DNA of 64,000 bases. Origin: Lytechinus pictus. Its lineage: Eukaryota. How positions within the stretch are numbered: position 1 is the first letter of the stretch; the number at the start of each line of letters is the position of its first letter. The stretch spans positions 8,558,001 through 8,622,000 of the forward strand of contig NC_087246.1 of assembly GCF_037042905.1 (NCBI RefSeq), read 5' to 3'. Below are positions 49,701 to 62,955 of the stretch, in pieces. A program made the position numbers and the translations under genes. The notes beneath the pieces were generated by a model that worked only from the letters and a program-made list of their open reading frames with translations, had not been told where the DNA came from and ran no database searches.

Positions 49701-52700
49701 GAGAGTCATGGGTTCAAATCCCAGCCATGGCGTAATTTCCTTCAGCAAGGAATTCATCCACAGTGTGCTGCACTCGACCCAGGCGAGGTAAATAGGTACC
49801 GGCAGGAAGTAATTCCTCAAAAAGCTGTGTGCACCGAATAGGTAGCCTAGCTTAGCCGGGTAATAATAGCATGGGCCCGCTGGGAGAACAGTTTTCGGAA
49901 CTGAAGTGGCTACCCTGGGTAAGTATACCTTTATTATTATTATTATTATTATTAACCATATAGTATTAAACGATGCTAATTCCACATGTTCAGGGAGGAA
50001 TTAATCATTGTATCACTTGACAATGAGGAGAAAATTAGATTATTTCATATTTCATATAATAAAATACAAAAGAAATAGTGAGTGGATGATGTCATTGTCT
50101 CCTCATTTGCATACCAGCCAGGATGTGCAAATAACTGTTTTGTGAAATCAAGCGAAACTTTAAAATGTCATAACTTTCTTATTTTACATCCAATTTTGAT
50201 GAAATTTTCAGTGTTATGCTTGTTGGATTTTTCTCTGTTTATTCAAATCAACTTTTTGTTGGGTGGACTTGTCCTTTAACAATACACTGTCTATATTAAT
50301 GCTGCTACATGTATGACAATTATACAGCGATGCCAACCTGAAACCTCTTGAAAAAAAAGATTTTTGAGATTTTTTGACAAATGTGGCACACGAAGTGTGC
50401 CAATGGTTTAGTCCCAACTAGTTCATGTCATATTCACGACATGCTTGCGCATAGGAATGACATGTTCATACAGTATATTTGCGAATGGTTCACGAATTGT
50501 CACATCATTCACTTCATCATGATTCATTTGGGGTATAAAATAGTATGCCGTGATTTGTGAATTGCTGTGCATTATGGCCAAACTGCAATTGTGTATTCCT
50601 GTTTCGCAAGAAATTCTGAGACATGCAGGAATCATGCCCAAGTGAGTCGTGAGCTACATGTAGTTGCGAACTACATACATGTAGTCTTGAATCTAAGTCA
50701 TGAGCTACATGAAGTCTTGAACTAGTAGCTAATTGTGTGCCTACTTACAATGGGAAAACATGGCACAATTGACCTTGATCATGTGTTCTGAAACTCGTGC
50801 AAAGTGATCAGTGATACAATTATGCTCATAATAAGTTGAATGCAATAGATTCATTTACTTTCAAAGTTATAACATTTCAAAACTTAACCTTTCCTGCACG
50901 GTCAAAGTTCATTGACCCTAGATGACCTTTGACCTTCATCTCATGTGACAGTGAGACGATCAGTAATTTACTTGATTAATTACCCTTATGTCCAAGTTTC
51001 ATGAACAAGATCAATAAACTTCCCAAGTTATGATGGTATTTCAACAAATACCGCAACATGGTCAAAGTGCACTGACCCTAAGTTACCTTTGACTTTGGTC
51101 ATGTGACTAAGTGATAAGATATCAAGTTTAATGAACGAGGTCCATATACTTCCTACACGTAAGTTATGATATTTTAAAAGCTTGACCTTGGTTAAGATTT
51201 AAATGTTGATACCCCCACCATGGTCAAAGTTCATTTACTCTAAAAGACCTTTGACCTTGGTAATGTGATCTGAAACTCATGCAGGATGATCAGTGATACT
51301 TCATTACCCTTATATTTAAATATCCTGAAAAGGTCCATATACTTTCTACATTAAGATGACATTTCAAAAACTTAACCTCAAGTGGTTAACATTTCAGTGT
51401 TGACGCCACTGCCACCGTCGGAAAACAGCACCTACATGTCGAGTATAGTCTCACTCTGTTATGAAGGTGAGACAAAAACCAAAGCTTAAGCCAAAATTTA
51501 ACTACCCCCCACACAAACTAATCTCACACAATGAGCAGATAAAAAATTAATATGATTCTCACCTTTCCTTTTACGATGCTGTTTCTCTTCATATAACCTT
51601 TTGACTCTGTCTTGGAGTTCATATCTCTCAACGCATCCCTTGTAGTTGACAAAGTTAGCTGTTAATATTTCCTTGAGTTGTTTAATGGAGAGTGAGTCGA
51701 TGCCTTCTACAGTCTCCACATCACTAAGTGATGCTCGTTTCCTCAATGGTTGGACAGGCGTTTGCTAATGAGGAACAATAGCAATTTTTTTACATTCAAG
51801 AATGTGTATATATATAGATTACAAATAACCTAGAGATTTAAATGAAGTACTATGTCATACCAACAAATTCTAAAGGAGACAACTGATTTTCAGCCAGCAT
51901 AGTTGTGTTTTAACCCTAGTAGAATTGGGCAATTTAAAATGTATTGAACTTGGGGGGGCATGATGCCCCCTTTCTGAAACTGTCTCAATAAAAGTTGCAT
52001 GGTGTCACAATGCTGTATCCATAAGTTGTGAATTTGGTCTCAAAAGTTGTGCAAGACTTCAAAGAAAAAAAAATCATAAAATTTGCAGCACTGTCTTTGT
52101 GCAATTAAGAAAATCATACAAAGCATTGAGAAGGTCATCATGCCCCCCTGTCCTATTAGAGTTCATCTGTACTGTAAGAAATATCTATCCAAAAGCAAAA
52201 ATTAGATTGGGGCATTTCTGGCAATTGACTACCACCCCCCCCCCCAAAAAAAAAAAAGAATAAATAAAAAAATAAATAAATAAATATATGAATAAATTAA
52301 ATAAATAAATAAAAGAATCCTGCTTTTTTCAATGATATTGCATCCTTCCTTGAATAATGACTTTTTTTGCATTAAAAACATAATTATTTTTTTTTAATAC
52401 AAATTTTGCCCTTCCTTTCATTTCGATGTGGACCTTGAAAATTCTCTTAGTTCTGAATGCCCCCTGAAATCATGGCTCCATCCTTGAATCCGCAAAGAGG
52501 TCTTATCGTTCACATTCAATCACTTTACATTTATTTACTAAGATTCAGAGGCCAATATGAATTCCTAAAACATCTCCTGTACAAATTCCATCACTCTGCA
52601 ACTGAAAATTCCAAATGACGCCGACATCCAGAGAACAGGTCTCTATGCAGAATACCTTGTAAACATAAATGACAACTCCTTCAAGGAAAACTTACCTGGA

Positions 52701-55058
52701 TAAAAGACCTATGACTATAAATTTTAAAAACATACTATACGATAGAAGTTGCATCCACCTCATCATCCATTTGTATACAGGGATCATATACTACATGTAT
52801 GTTAAACAGACTTTCTCTTTGTTGGCTCTTACCTCTGTATTCTGAGTGGATGTTGCTTCCTCGTGTTGTTGAGATGGCATGCTCTCTTGGGGAGGTGTTG
52901 TAGCTGTGTTTGATGCTGCAGAATTTCCACTAGTCCATGCTGTCCTTGACTGTGGTCTCTGGTCATTTCCCTGTGGAGTATTACAATAAAAATTTACCAA
53001 CAACCAACCATTGATGAAGATGCAGACAGGGAAATCAGCATCACTATTACAATCCAGTCTTACCAACAGGACAAGGTTAAAACACTGAATAGGGAGTGAA
53101 ATTCAACGGTACATCCAAGTAGGACAATGTGAGCCAAATGGTATCTTTATGCTTATTTCTAAAATATGCTACATGTATTTCGTTTCTTCTACGAAAGACA
53201 TAATTAAATTTAAAAACAAAACAACCTCGGAGTGATGTGCAATGTGCAGGAATGTAAACATTCTATTATCAATGAAGGTGATAATACCTGCCCCAAAAGA
53301 ACAACCTTATTTGTGGAACATTATAATGGCAACACCATAATATGCCAACTTTGGTAAACAAGAATCTGCCATACATGTACGTGAAGTTAAGTAATGCATT
53401 TTAAACTTCTTACATTGATGTGTGTACCAACTACAAAGTCTCATGAGCATTGTGCAAAATCTTAATAAAAACTTTGCTCTGCAAGTTTTCCCCTGATACA
53501 TACATTGCCATGTCATTAAATGTACCCTGGCAAAGCAGTGACCGACAGATTAATAACAGCATTTAGCCCATCTCCAATCAAAGACAAATATACGGTAAGT
53601 GCCAAGCCTCATGGGCATTGGGCAAAGCTAAGGAAGTACACAGTAATTTGATCCCTAGGATTTGCAAGAGACTGTCTGACACCCCAATGGGCATACCAAC
53701 CATCTCACTACACACTGATATCCCCTTCAAATTTAGTGACAGTATAATAAATTCTAAATTCTGCAAGCGCTTCAAAAAAGTGATTATGTGCTGAAGGCTT
53801 CAAGGATTTTCAAACCAAAATGGGAGGAAGTACCATGCATAAACTTTCATATCTGAAGTTCTCAATCTTAGCAAAATACTGACATAGTCATTGTCCATGC
53901 AAACTGTATTTAAACATTGCATTTAATGTGGTTTCACATTCAAGTTGGCAGACAAATCATTAGAGATTGAGGGGGACTTACAGAATTACTAGTACTGTTG
54001 AATGTGTTGTTGGTCATCCCTTCCCCAGGAGATCCAGTAGATGTATTAGTAAAGAAGTTAAAGTTTGGTGGATCAACACTGCTCCCTGTTCCCTGATCAG
54101 ACAATCTGGAGAAAATGTCATTGAATATCTCCTCAAACCTCTGGGTCACTCTCTGTCCTTGCGGCTGCTGTTCCTGTTGCTGCTGCTGTGCCTGTGGATG
54201 ACTAGCCCGATTTCCAGGCTGTCTTGCTGTGCTGGTCCTGTTGTTCGATGATGTTGAAGCCGAGGACCGTGTCGCCCTTCCCGCATTACCTCGAACCGTT
54301 GGTTGAGGATGTGCTTGGACATACTGCATCACTAGATCCACAAGATCGTCCTTCTCTCTACAAGACTGGGTTGACACACTATGAGTGTTCAAATACAACC
54401 TGAGATCCTTAATCTTCAGGGTCATGAGTTCTGCCCTTGTGGGGCTCTGTTGTATGGCACTGCATGCACTGCAACATTTCCGAGGTTCTTTAATGAAGCA
54501 ATTGGAGCAGTAGTATTTATCACAGTCTGTACAACGATACTATAAAACAAAAGGAAAATATATTTAATTAAGTAATGCTACATGCATGTACCTAAAAGTA
54601 AAACAACAAAAAGATAAATAGTTTAGATGTACCACAAAATATATCAATTCTAAAAATGAAATTAAAAAATTGGTCCTCCTCCATACAGAGCAGTTAGACA
54701 CACAGAAATATTAATTTAAAATAATTCCACCTCCAAAACAAACTCAATTATGCAAAATTGCAAAACTCCTTACCTTCTTTTTGAAGATATGAAAGGATGT
54801 TGAACAGGCTTCACACACCATATTGCAGTTTTCGTCTACAGGTTCACCGTATATACTTTGTTGGCTGGATGGCCTACTTGTGATATTGTCCCCACTAGGG
54901 TAGGTTGATGATGAACCTGCTTGGACTCCCACACCAACACTATCACCAGCTTCCCTTGGGCTGACACCGGTAGAGGGACCACCAGCACCGCTATAACAAA
55001 ATGTGTAGGCTGGGGTTGCCGATGGACTCACAACAGGTTTGCCTGCACCTGAACCCAT
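46764..55058 (-). CDS. RNF34: E3 ubiquitin-protein ligase RNF34/RFFL (CARP family): FYVE-like Zn finger, SAP-like segments, C-terminal C3HC4 RING; about 467 aa
   Basis: Exons (minus): 55058-54774, 54539-53982, 52970-52833, 51764-51563, 48608-48576 (33 nt), 46951-46764; 1404 nt in frame. Motifs: [133 protein letters not shown]. The start at MGSGAGK is the first in-frame ATG. Confidence 0.94.
47670..47827. mobile_element. Harbinger-like palindromic MITE
   Basis: CTG|GGGGCTGTTTCATAAAGCTGTT ... AACAGCTTTATGAAACAGCCAC|CTG. Confidence 0.8.
49381..50275. mobile_element. Kolobok-like MITE family A carrying a SINE insertion
   Basis: TTAA|AGGTCAAGTCCACC ... GGTGGACTTGTCCT|TTAA, homologous to 214-815. 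Confidence 0.85.
49658..49953 (+). mobile_element. tRNA-derived SINE
   Basis: Head GGAGTGTCGTGGCCCAGT (A box), GGTTCAAATCC (B box), anticodon-like loop CTTTGAA, central CTCGACCCAGG..AAATAGGTACC block, (TTA)n tail. Confidence 0.85.
50745..51478 (-). mobile_element. Helentron/DINE-like element related to family H1, diverged
   Basis: TATAGTCTCACTCTGTTATGAAGGTGAGACAAAA is the reverse of the H1 5' end. TGACCTTTGACCTT tandem units are present. The left boundary is approximate. Confidence 0.7.
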
Positions 55059-56089
55059 GGGATGCAGGTTTGTGGGTGAATGACAATAGGGTACAGTAGA
55101 CTCATGTACTCGGCACAAGATTTGAATTGTGGGTGGAAGACAACACAGGTTGGAACAAGCCGGGATTCTCTATTTTACTTGAAATCACCTGTCAGCAAGA
55201 ACAAAATCAACAAAACTGTATATTTTATTTAATGAACTATCAAGGCCTAGGTCTAAGTACTTTATTTAGTACCATACTTATGGTATCCTTTTCAACATCC
55301 TTGTACAGTGCATCTTCCAAAAACACAACGTGTGGATCTTGGCGAGGTTCGGCTTTCAACTCTCAATACCAACATAAAGTTGCATGTGTAATTAGCATTT
55401 TGGCAAAATTTCAAGTTTAGGTTCTTTATGAAATTAAACACAGGGCTTGAATTTCATGTACCTGTATTTGATGTTCATAAATAGGCATGAAAAGTATAAC
55501 ATGCAAACACGCAAGTTCAGCATTTTTTTACTGCTGTGCCACTCATTAGTCATTGCCTGACAAAAATCTTATATTAATCTTTGGTACCTGTACTGTTTAA
55601 TTCCCTGAAATGTTGCAACATTTGGTTATAATATCAAGAAAAAGAAAAAGGATTTAAGTGCAGTCCAATTTTGACTTGCACATTCATGTACGGTGTGACT
55701 TTTAGTTGCCACTTATCTCGGGCAACGGTTTGAGATGCCCCCACTAAAGCAATCAAGCTGCCCAAGCAAGTTACCAATATTTGGTCTCAAAATAAGTTTT
55801 ATAAAAAAATTGTGAACGATCATTCCATTTTGAAAATGGGGGTGATAATTTTAATCAAAATAAGAGGGTGGTGCCCCAACGTAGACCTCTACCCATGGAG
55901 GTTTTGAGAATACAGCTACATGTACATGTACGTCAATGCACTTTTGTGTACGATCAATGTGTGTGTGCTCATGCGCGATATGGTTGTGTAGTAAAGGTAC
56001 ATGTTTCGAATCAGTGTCTTAATATTTAGTAATTACCCATAATTACTTTGCCGTTCCGGAAGTATGTAATTAATGACATTCTTACTTAA

Positions 56090-56684
56090 AGGTCAAGTCC
56101 ACCCCACAAAAATGTTGATTTGAATAAATAGAGAAAAATCAAACTAGCATAACCCTGAAAATTTCATCAAAATCGGATGTAAAATAAGAAAGTTATGGAA
56201 TTTTAAAGTTTCGCTTATTTTTCACAAAACTGTGATATATGCACAATTAGGTGAGTCAGTCGATGATGTCCATCACTCACTATTTCTTTTGTTTTTTATT
56301 GTTTGAATTATACAATTTTTCATATTTTACAGATTTGACAATAAGGACAAACTTAACTGAGCCATATAATAATTTAGTATAAAACAATGCTATCTACACA
56401 TGTACAGGGAGGAATTAATCATTGTTTCACTTGACAATGAGGAGAAAATTAGAATATTTCATATAATAAAATACAAAAGAAATAGTGAGTGGATGACGTC
56501 ATCAGTCTCCTCATTTGCATACCAACCAGGATGTGAATAGAACTGTTTTGTGAAATTAAGCAAAACTTTAAAATGTCATAACTTTCTTATTTTACAACCG
56601 ATTTTGATGAAATTTTCAGTGTTGTGTTTGTTGGATTTTTCTCCTTTCATTTAATCCAACTTTTCATTGGGGTGGACTTGTCCT
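56090..56684. mobile_element. Kolobok-like MITE family A
   Basis: TTAA|AGGTCAAGTCCACC ... GGTGGACTTGTCCT|TTAA. Confidence 0.85.
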
Positions 56685-56688
56685 TTAA

Positions 56689-56915
56689 AGATCAAGTCCA
56701 TCCAGAAAAATGTTGATTTGTACATGTATCAATAGAGAAAAATCAACAAGCATAATGTAATATTGAAAATTTCATCAAAATTGGATGCAACATAAGTTAC
56801 AATATTTTAAATTGTTACTTTCACAAAACAGTTATAGGGGTCTACATACGTAGCACAAATATGTGACATTCAAATGAGAGAATCGATGAAATCCCTCACG
56901 ATTTCTTTTTTTTTA
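56689..56915. mobile_element. Older truncated family A copy sharing the TTAA with 56090-56684
   Basis: AGATCAAGTCCATCCAGAAAAATGTTGATTTG... begins directly after TTAA 56685-56688. Confidence 0.65.
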
Positions 56916-57308
56916 ATTACATGTAGGCCTATACAATATAATTGCAATTGCAGAATGAGGCTCACCAAAATGGACTTGATAAAGTTGTACTTAGATCCAT
57001 AATACTTGAAAGTGTTGCATACTACTTACTAGTAATATTTAAGTTTTGGAAGCATAGGACCCGTAATCCCCAGTGCCTTCACTTTTAAGTTTCTAGGCAT
57101 CATGTTGACCAATGTTCCAATCTGGGGAATATGTTCCAATAAAATACAATCATACCAGAGACAACCCTACGTGACAAGGGACAAATAAGCTTCCAGCTTT
57201 ATGTCTCTACATCCAAGCAAATCCAAGTACCATCAACAATGTTACTGTCTGGATATTATCATGATTATGGCAATATGGGATGAACAAAGATCTGCTAACA
57301 GTAACATC

Positions 57309-58660
57309 CAGGCCTCTACAATTTTTTTTTTCATCACTTGCCCGACAGGGCAAGTGATGAAAATATTTGCTTGCCCGATAGAAAAAACTGCTTGCCCAAT
57401 TTGTTTTATTATTTTCTTTCATTATTTTCTTTTACGACGGTACTATTATTTATGAAGGTCATATAAAATAAAAACAATTGAGAATCATGTACAGTAAAGA
57501 ACAAAAATTTATAATAATATAAGTACATTTTCAGCAAAGTGGGCCTGAGTCATTACGTTTATTTTGAAGAAAAAAAAACTTTTGCCCTTGTACTAGTAGA
57601 TCTAAATGGGCGTTACAGCTAAAAAAAAAACGTAAAAAAAAAATAAAAAAAAACCTTCCCCAAAAGTTGCTAAAATTTCATATTTTGCATCTTTAAATCC
57701 ATGAATGGTCGTCATCTGTTTCCCACATTTCCTGGGAATTGTTTTGATTAAGTTGGAAACTATTAAGAAAATGAAGAATATTCAGCTCTTTCTTGATTCT
57801 GGAAAAGATCGTTTTATGATGTAAAAAAAAAAAAAAAGGCCTTCACCAACTGGAGTGGCTAAAATTTTACATTTTGCATCGTTAAATCCATGCCATTTAT
57901 TTTCCATATTTCCTTGAAATTGTTTTGATTTAGTTGGAAACTATCAAGAAAATTAAGAATATTCACCTTTCTCTTGTCTTTTCATCATCGTATTATGATG
58001 TTACACTCAGTCAATATTTTTTATATTGTGTTCCAATGTTATATCATAACCTTGTTCATTGAATGAGTGTTGTGTTCCCACATGTAGACTTTCATGGTGT
58101 TGCAACATTAACACTTGGTCAACACCATGAAAGTCTACATGTGGGACAACAATAAGAAAAAACATTTACCGAGTGTAACATCATCAAAATCAGAGTCAAG
58201 AAAGAGCTGAATATTCTTCATTTTTTCGGTTGTTTCCAACAAGATCAAAACAATCTCAAGGTAATATGGAAAATAGACGTCCATTTCATGTACAGTAAAG
58301 ATTAAAAATGTGAAATTTTAGCCACGTTTGCCTTTCTTTTTCTTTTTTTTTGAGGGGGGTTGCATCGGCAAATTGCGCAAGATAGTAGCGCATGCGCACA
58401 TAGAACGTAAGATGACATGGCACGGTTCTTCGAAGGAGGTACCTGGCGATAAATTATCTGTATTTGGCGCTGATTTTACATCAGTTTCCACTGCTTTTTG
58501 ACTGGTTTGACAATATATGAGAGATAGTTGTGATCATCACTGACATTTTATTATTTTATTTTCAAAACAACCACTTGCCCGATCGGGCAATTGACTTTGA
58601 GAAATGCTTGCCCGCCCGTCATTTTCACTTGCCCCGGGCAAGCGGGTTTGACGCGCCCTG
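57309..58660. mobile_element. CAGG-ended non-autonomous element with 5-bp TSD (hAT5-like) and internal foldback
   Basis: ACATC|CAGGCC ... GCCCTG|ACATC. Subterminal CACTTGCCCG..GGGCAAG palindromes at both ends. Internal inverted arms centred near 58110. Confidence 0.65.
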
Positions 58661-58683
58661 ACATCATAATTGTCATAACATAA

Positions 58684-58856
58684 GGTATATCGAGTAGTAA
58701 TCAGAACCGCAATGCATTATGGGATTGCAAATGGGGCAGTTAGCTAGTTCTGCGCACGCGCACTGTCCGCTAGTTCGCGTGCGCAACGGCCCCTTTTGCG
58801 ATCTCAGTCATATAAATGGCTGCATTGCGGTTATGATTAGCGATACTCGATAGACC
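58684..58856. mobile_element. Short palindromic MITE-like element
   Basis: GGTATATCGAGTA..AATCAGAACCGCAATGCA / TGCATTGCGGTTATGATT..TACTCGATAGACC inverted arms. Confidence 0.55.
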
Positions 58857-59200
58857 CATTATTTTTATTAATTATTCATTGTCTCAACTAAGACTCAAGA
58901 CAATATTTCATTTCAGAAAAAAAAAATATTATAGGAATAGGCCTATTCAACAAACATTGATGCAAAATTCATTTTTTGAAAAGGCCACATTTTAGAACAA
59001 AAATTATTGCAGTAAAGCTTAACATGTCAAATTCCGGCATTGTGTTAATACTAATCCTGCCTTCCTGAGCTGCCGCCACGCCGGCCCCGCTGGCGCGGCG
59101 TCTACCTACGGTACCGGTACCTGGATTTCAGCCACTGTCTCGCTGATCGCGCTCTATAACTCACTTGCGTTCTCTTTAAGTTTATGACTCTTTTACTCAC

Positions 59201-59390
59201 CGTAATAATCAATTATTGTCGTTATTTGAAGGTAACATTACTGCAGATCTAATTCCCGCATCATGAATCCACGAAAATACGTCTGAAAATGCCGAATCAA
59301 TAATAATTCTACATCTGACAACGGTAATTTCATCAATCTCTGTTTGTCGTATCAAAGACTACTATTTGCAAACAACATTAACACACACGT
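59201..59390 (-). other. Probable non-coding first exon of RNF34
   Basis: Minus-strand donor CG|GTGAGT at 59201/59200 beside CpG-rich DNA. Exon 2 has an acceptor at 55189-55190 upstream of the ATG, so an upstream exon is required. The 5' boundary is approximate. Confidence 0.6.
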
Positions 59391-59403
59391 ACAAGGCAAC
59401 AAG

Positions 59404-59714
59404 GGGCCGATTGCACGAAAGGGTCTTTCCAAGGACCGTCTTTCGTGTCGCCCATCTTTTATGATACGCCATGTGAAACGCATTTCAAATAAATTATCTG
59501 CATATATATTTTATTTGTCCGTTAAAATAAACAAAATATTTGTTTATAAAATGATGTGATATCTCATGAAATTGTATAAAATTTGATTTAAAAGCAAGCT
59601 TACGAATTTTATTTGTTTATCATAAATTTCAGAAACACCCCGCTTATAGCGCATCATAAAAGATGGGCGACACGAAAGACGGTCCTTGGAAAGACCCTTT
59701 CGTGCAATCGGCCC
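59404..59714. mobile_element. Harbinger-like MITE with ~60-bp perfect TIRs
   Basis: AAG|GGGCCGATTGCACGAAAGGG ... CCCTTTCGTGCAATCGGCCC|AAG. Confidence 0.85.
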
Positions 59715-59803
59715 AAGGAGTGCAATCGCAAATCGAAAGCAAGCAAGGTACACGCACACGTACACGTACACTCGCGCGTATGAGCAGATTCCAACCGTAC
59801 GAA

Positions 59804-60698
59804 GGTAAACTAAAATAACTGAAAACATATTGTAGTGCTAACGAAAATGAAGTTGCCAATACATCGAGTTTTCGCCGGTTTTTAAATTGGGAATATTTTT
59901 CCCGGTTTTAACTATAATAATCCTCGAAAATTATTATATTTTTGCAAATTTTATAAAAAAAAATTTCGATTAAAGGGGGAGTTATTTTCAGGGGGGTGTG
60001 CATCCGACACGGAGCAATTAATGAAAACCAAAATGACGCCCCCCCCCAAAAAAAAAAAAAAAAAAAAAAAATGATAAAGAAAGTTTATTGATCGCTCTAA
60101 AATATGTTACCATTTGCTCAGAAATGGCAGAAAGGTTCCCACTCTGGCCCGGCCCCGCAAGAAAAGATTTGATGCCCCAAGGGGGAAAGTTTCACGACCC
60201 CAACACGATCGACTAAAAAAGAAACAAAAAAGAGAAACTATGAAAGAAAGGTAAAATAAAATAACTGAAAACATATTGTAGTGCTAACGAAAATGAAGTT
60301 GCCAATACATGGAGTTTTCGCCGGTTTTTAAATTGGGAATATTTTTCCCGGTTTTAACTATAATAATCCTCGAAAATTATTATATTTTTGCAAATTTTAT
60401 AAAAAAAAATTTCGATTAAAGGGGGAGTTATTTTCAGGGGGGTGTGCATCCGACACGGAGCAATTAATGAAAACCAAAATGACGCCCCCCCCCCAAAAAA
60501 AAAAAAAAAAAAAAAAAAAATGATAAAGAAAGTTTATTGATCGCTCTAAAATATGTTACCATTTGCTCAGAAATGGCAGAAAGGTTCCCACTCTGGCCCG
60601 GCCCCGCAAGAAAAGATTTGATGCCCCAAGGGGGAAAGTTTCACGACCCCAACACGATCGACTAAAAAAGAAACAAAAAGAGAAACTATGAAAGAAAG
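59804..60698. repeat. Near-identical tandem duplication, period about 446 bp
   Basis: 59811 TAAAATAACTGAAAACATATTG... recurs at 60257. Differences are mostly homopolymer lengths plus a few substitutions. Confidence 0.92.
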
Positions 60699-60779
60699 CA
60701 AATAGGGAAAGAGTAAAATATAATAGTATATTTTGAATAAAATGTCAAACAATTCGTGATAAATTTTGATATATTATTA

Positions 60780-61327
60780 AGGTCAATTCCGCCCCAGCAA
60801 AATATTGATTTGAATACATAGAAAAACATCAAACTAGCATAACGCTGAAAATTTCATCAAAATTCGATGTAGAATAAGAAAGTTATGGCGTTTTAAAGTT
60901 TCGCTTATTTTTTTCCCCACAAAACAGTGATATGCACAACTGCAGTGACATGCAAATGAGTCAGTTGATGATGTCCATCACTATTTTTTTTTTTATTGTT
61001 TGAATTATACAAGTTTTTTACAGATTTGACCATATATAGGGACCGACTTGACTGAACCATATAACAATGCTAATTTCACTTGTTCAGGGAGGAATAAGTC
61101 ACTGTTTCACTTGACAATGAGGAGAAAATTTGAATATTTCATATTTATAAAATAAAATACAAAAGAAATAGTGAGTGGATGACGTCATCAGTCTCCTCAT
61201 TTGCATACCTACCAGGATGTGCAGATTTAACTTTCTTATTTTACATCCGATTTTGATCAAATTTACAGTGTTATACTTGTTGGATTTTTTTATTTTTATT
61301 CAAATAAATTTTGGTTGGGGTGGACTT
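60780..61327. mobile_element. Kolobok-like MITE family A, diverged
   Basis: GGTCAATTCCGCCCC...GGGGTGGACTT, homologous to 56090-56684 with internal deletions. Confidence 0.75.
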
Positions 61328-61475
61328 TAATAATAATCCGCTTTTATATAGCGCTTAATACATCGGAACGACGTGTCTATAAGCGCTTTACAGATATATT
61401 ATTACCCTGGTCATCGGATTCAATAAGTAATTCCCGCACACAATGTATGCACATACTCCACTCCCTGGGAGTATT
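61328..61475 (-). mobile_element. 3' fragment of a SINE/LINE
   Basis: The minus strand ends AAGCGCTATATAAAAGCGG(ATT)n, a typical retroposon tail. The same motif occurs on + at about 61894. Confidence 0.5.
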
Positions 61476-62032
61476 ATATTATTGAAAAAATAATATCACA
61501 TTTTACCCTATTCTTCTCTCTTCCTTTTCTCTGTTTTTTGTCTTAATATTTTTTTTTTTTGGGGGGGGGGCAAGAAAAGGTCAAATTGTAAACATTTTTT
61601 TGTAAAGGTATACAACTTTGGAACTCCCTCCCTAATGATGTTAAATCGGTTAATAATTTTTCACATTTTAACAGAGTATTGAAGCAACATTTTAAAAATT
61701 TCCCCACTCTGTAATGTTAATTATTCTTTCTAATATCATTTGAATCGTGTATTCTTATATATAAATATGTAGTTATGATCTATTTAATCAACTTGTTTTT
61801 ATGATTTTTTTCATAATTTTTTGTTGATTGCGTGAAGTATGATGTCAAACTTATTACGATTCATGAATCGTGTATTCGCTCCGATGTAAAATTAAGCGCT
61901 ATATAAAAGCGGAGTATGGAGTTATGATCTTTTCATCAACTTGTTTTACAATTATTTTCATCATCTTTTGTTGATTGTTTGAAAGTTATGATTTCACACT
62001 ATATATTTTGTTTTTGTCTTTTTATACATTAA

Positions 62033-62616
62033 AGGAGAATGAAACCCTTGAAACCAGCTGAATCCATATCAAAGAGAAAAATCAAAGAAACATATTGTTG
62101 AAAGTTTGAGGAAGATTGAATGAATAATAAGAAAGTTATGAGCATTTGAATATTGAGATAACTAATGCCATGTAGATCCTCCCATTGGCAATGCGACCAA
62201 AATCTGTGATGTCACACATGTACAACTCCCTCATTACTTTAGTACTTATTTCACTTATATTCTCACTTTTATAGAGTCTATCACAAGGTGAGGTGTTCTC
62301 TTTATGAGAGGACAAGTACAGAGGTTTCACAACATTATGTCATTGATGAATCGTTTGTCATATGATTAGAATGAGCAAAAAGAGATATTTTGGGGTATAT
62401 TTTCAGTGTCCAAAAGGGGAGAGTTGTTCATCTGTGACATCATAGATCTTGGTCGCATTGCCAATGGGAGGATCTCCATAGCATTAGTGATCTCGACATT
62501 CAAATGCTCATAACTCTTCTATTGCTAGTCCTATTTTGCTCAAACTTTTGTTGATCTTATTCTTTGATTTTTCTGCTTTCACAAAAGCTAACTTGCTCCA
62601 AGAGTTTCATTCTCCT
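62033..62616. mobile_element. Kolobok-like MITE family B
   Basis: TTAA|AGGAGAATGAAAC ... GTTTCATTCTCCT|TTAA with long internal inverted arms. Confidence 0.85.
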
Positions 62617-62825
62617 TTAAGGTTTACAATTCATCTTGTTTATTTAGTGGTCTAGACTAAATTGATGTAGTTTGTAGATTTTTATAGGTGTTTTTCATAA
62701 ATTAATGTACTTTGTCATCAATTACTTATGTTAGGACCCCATTGGAAATAAGCTATCTCGGCTTTCATGGACTATCCTGTCCAGGTAAATACTTCACTAC
62801 TTGTTATATTTTACCTGACAAATAA

Positions 62826-62955
<130 letters not shown>

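Noticed and set aside
49658..49733. tRNA-Gln-like sequence
   Set aside because: Acceptor and anticodon stems pair poorly, and it continues into a SINE body and (TTA)n tail. It is a SINE head, not a tRNA gene.
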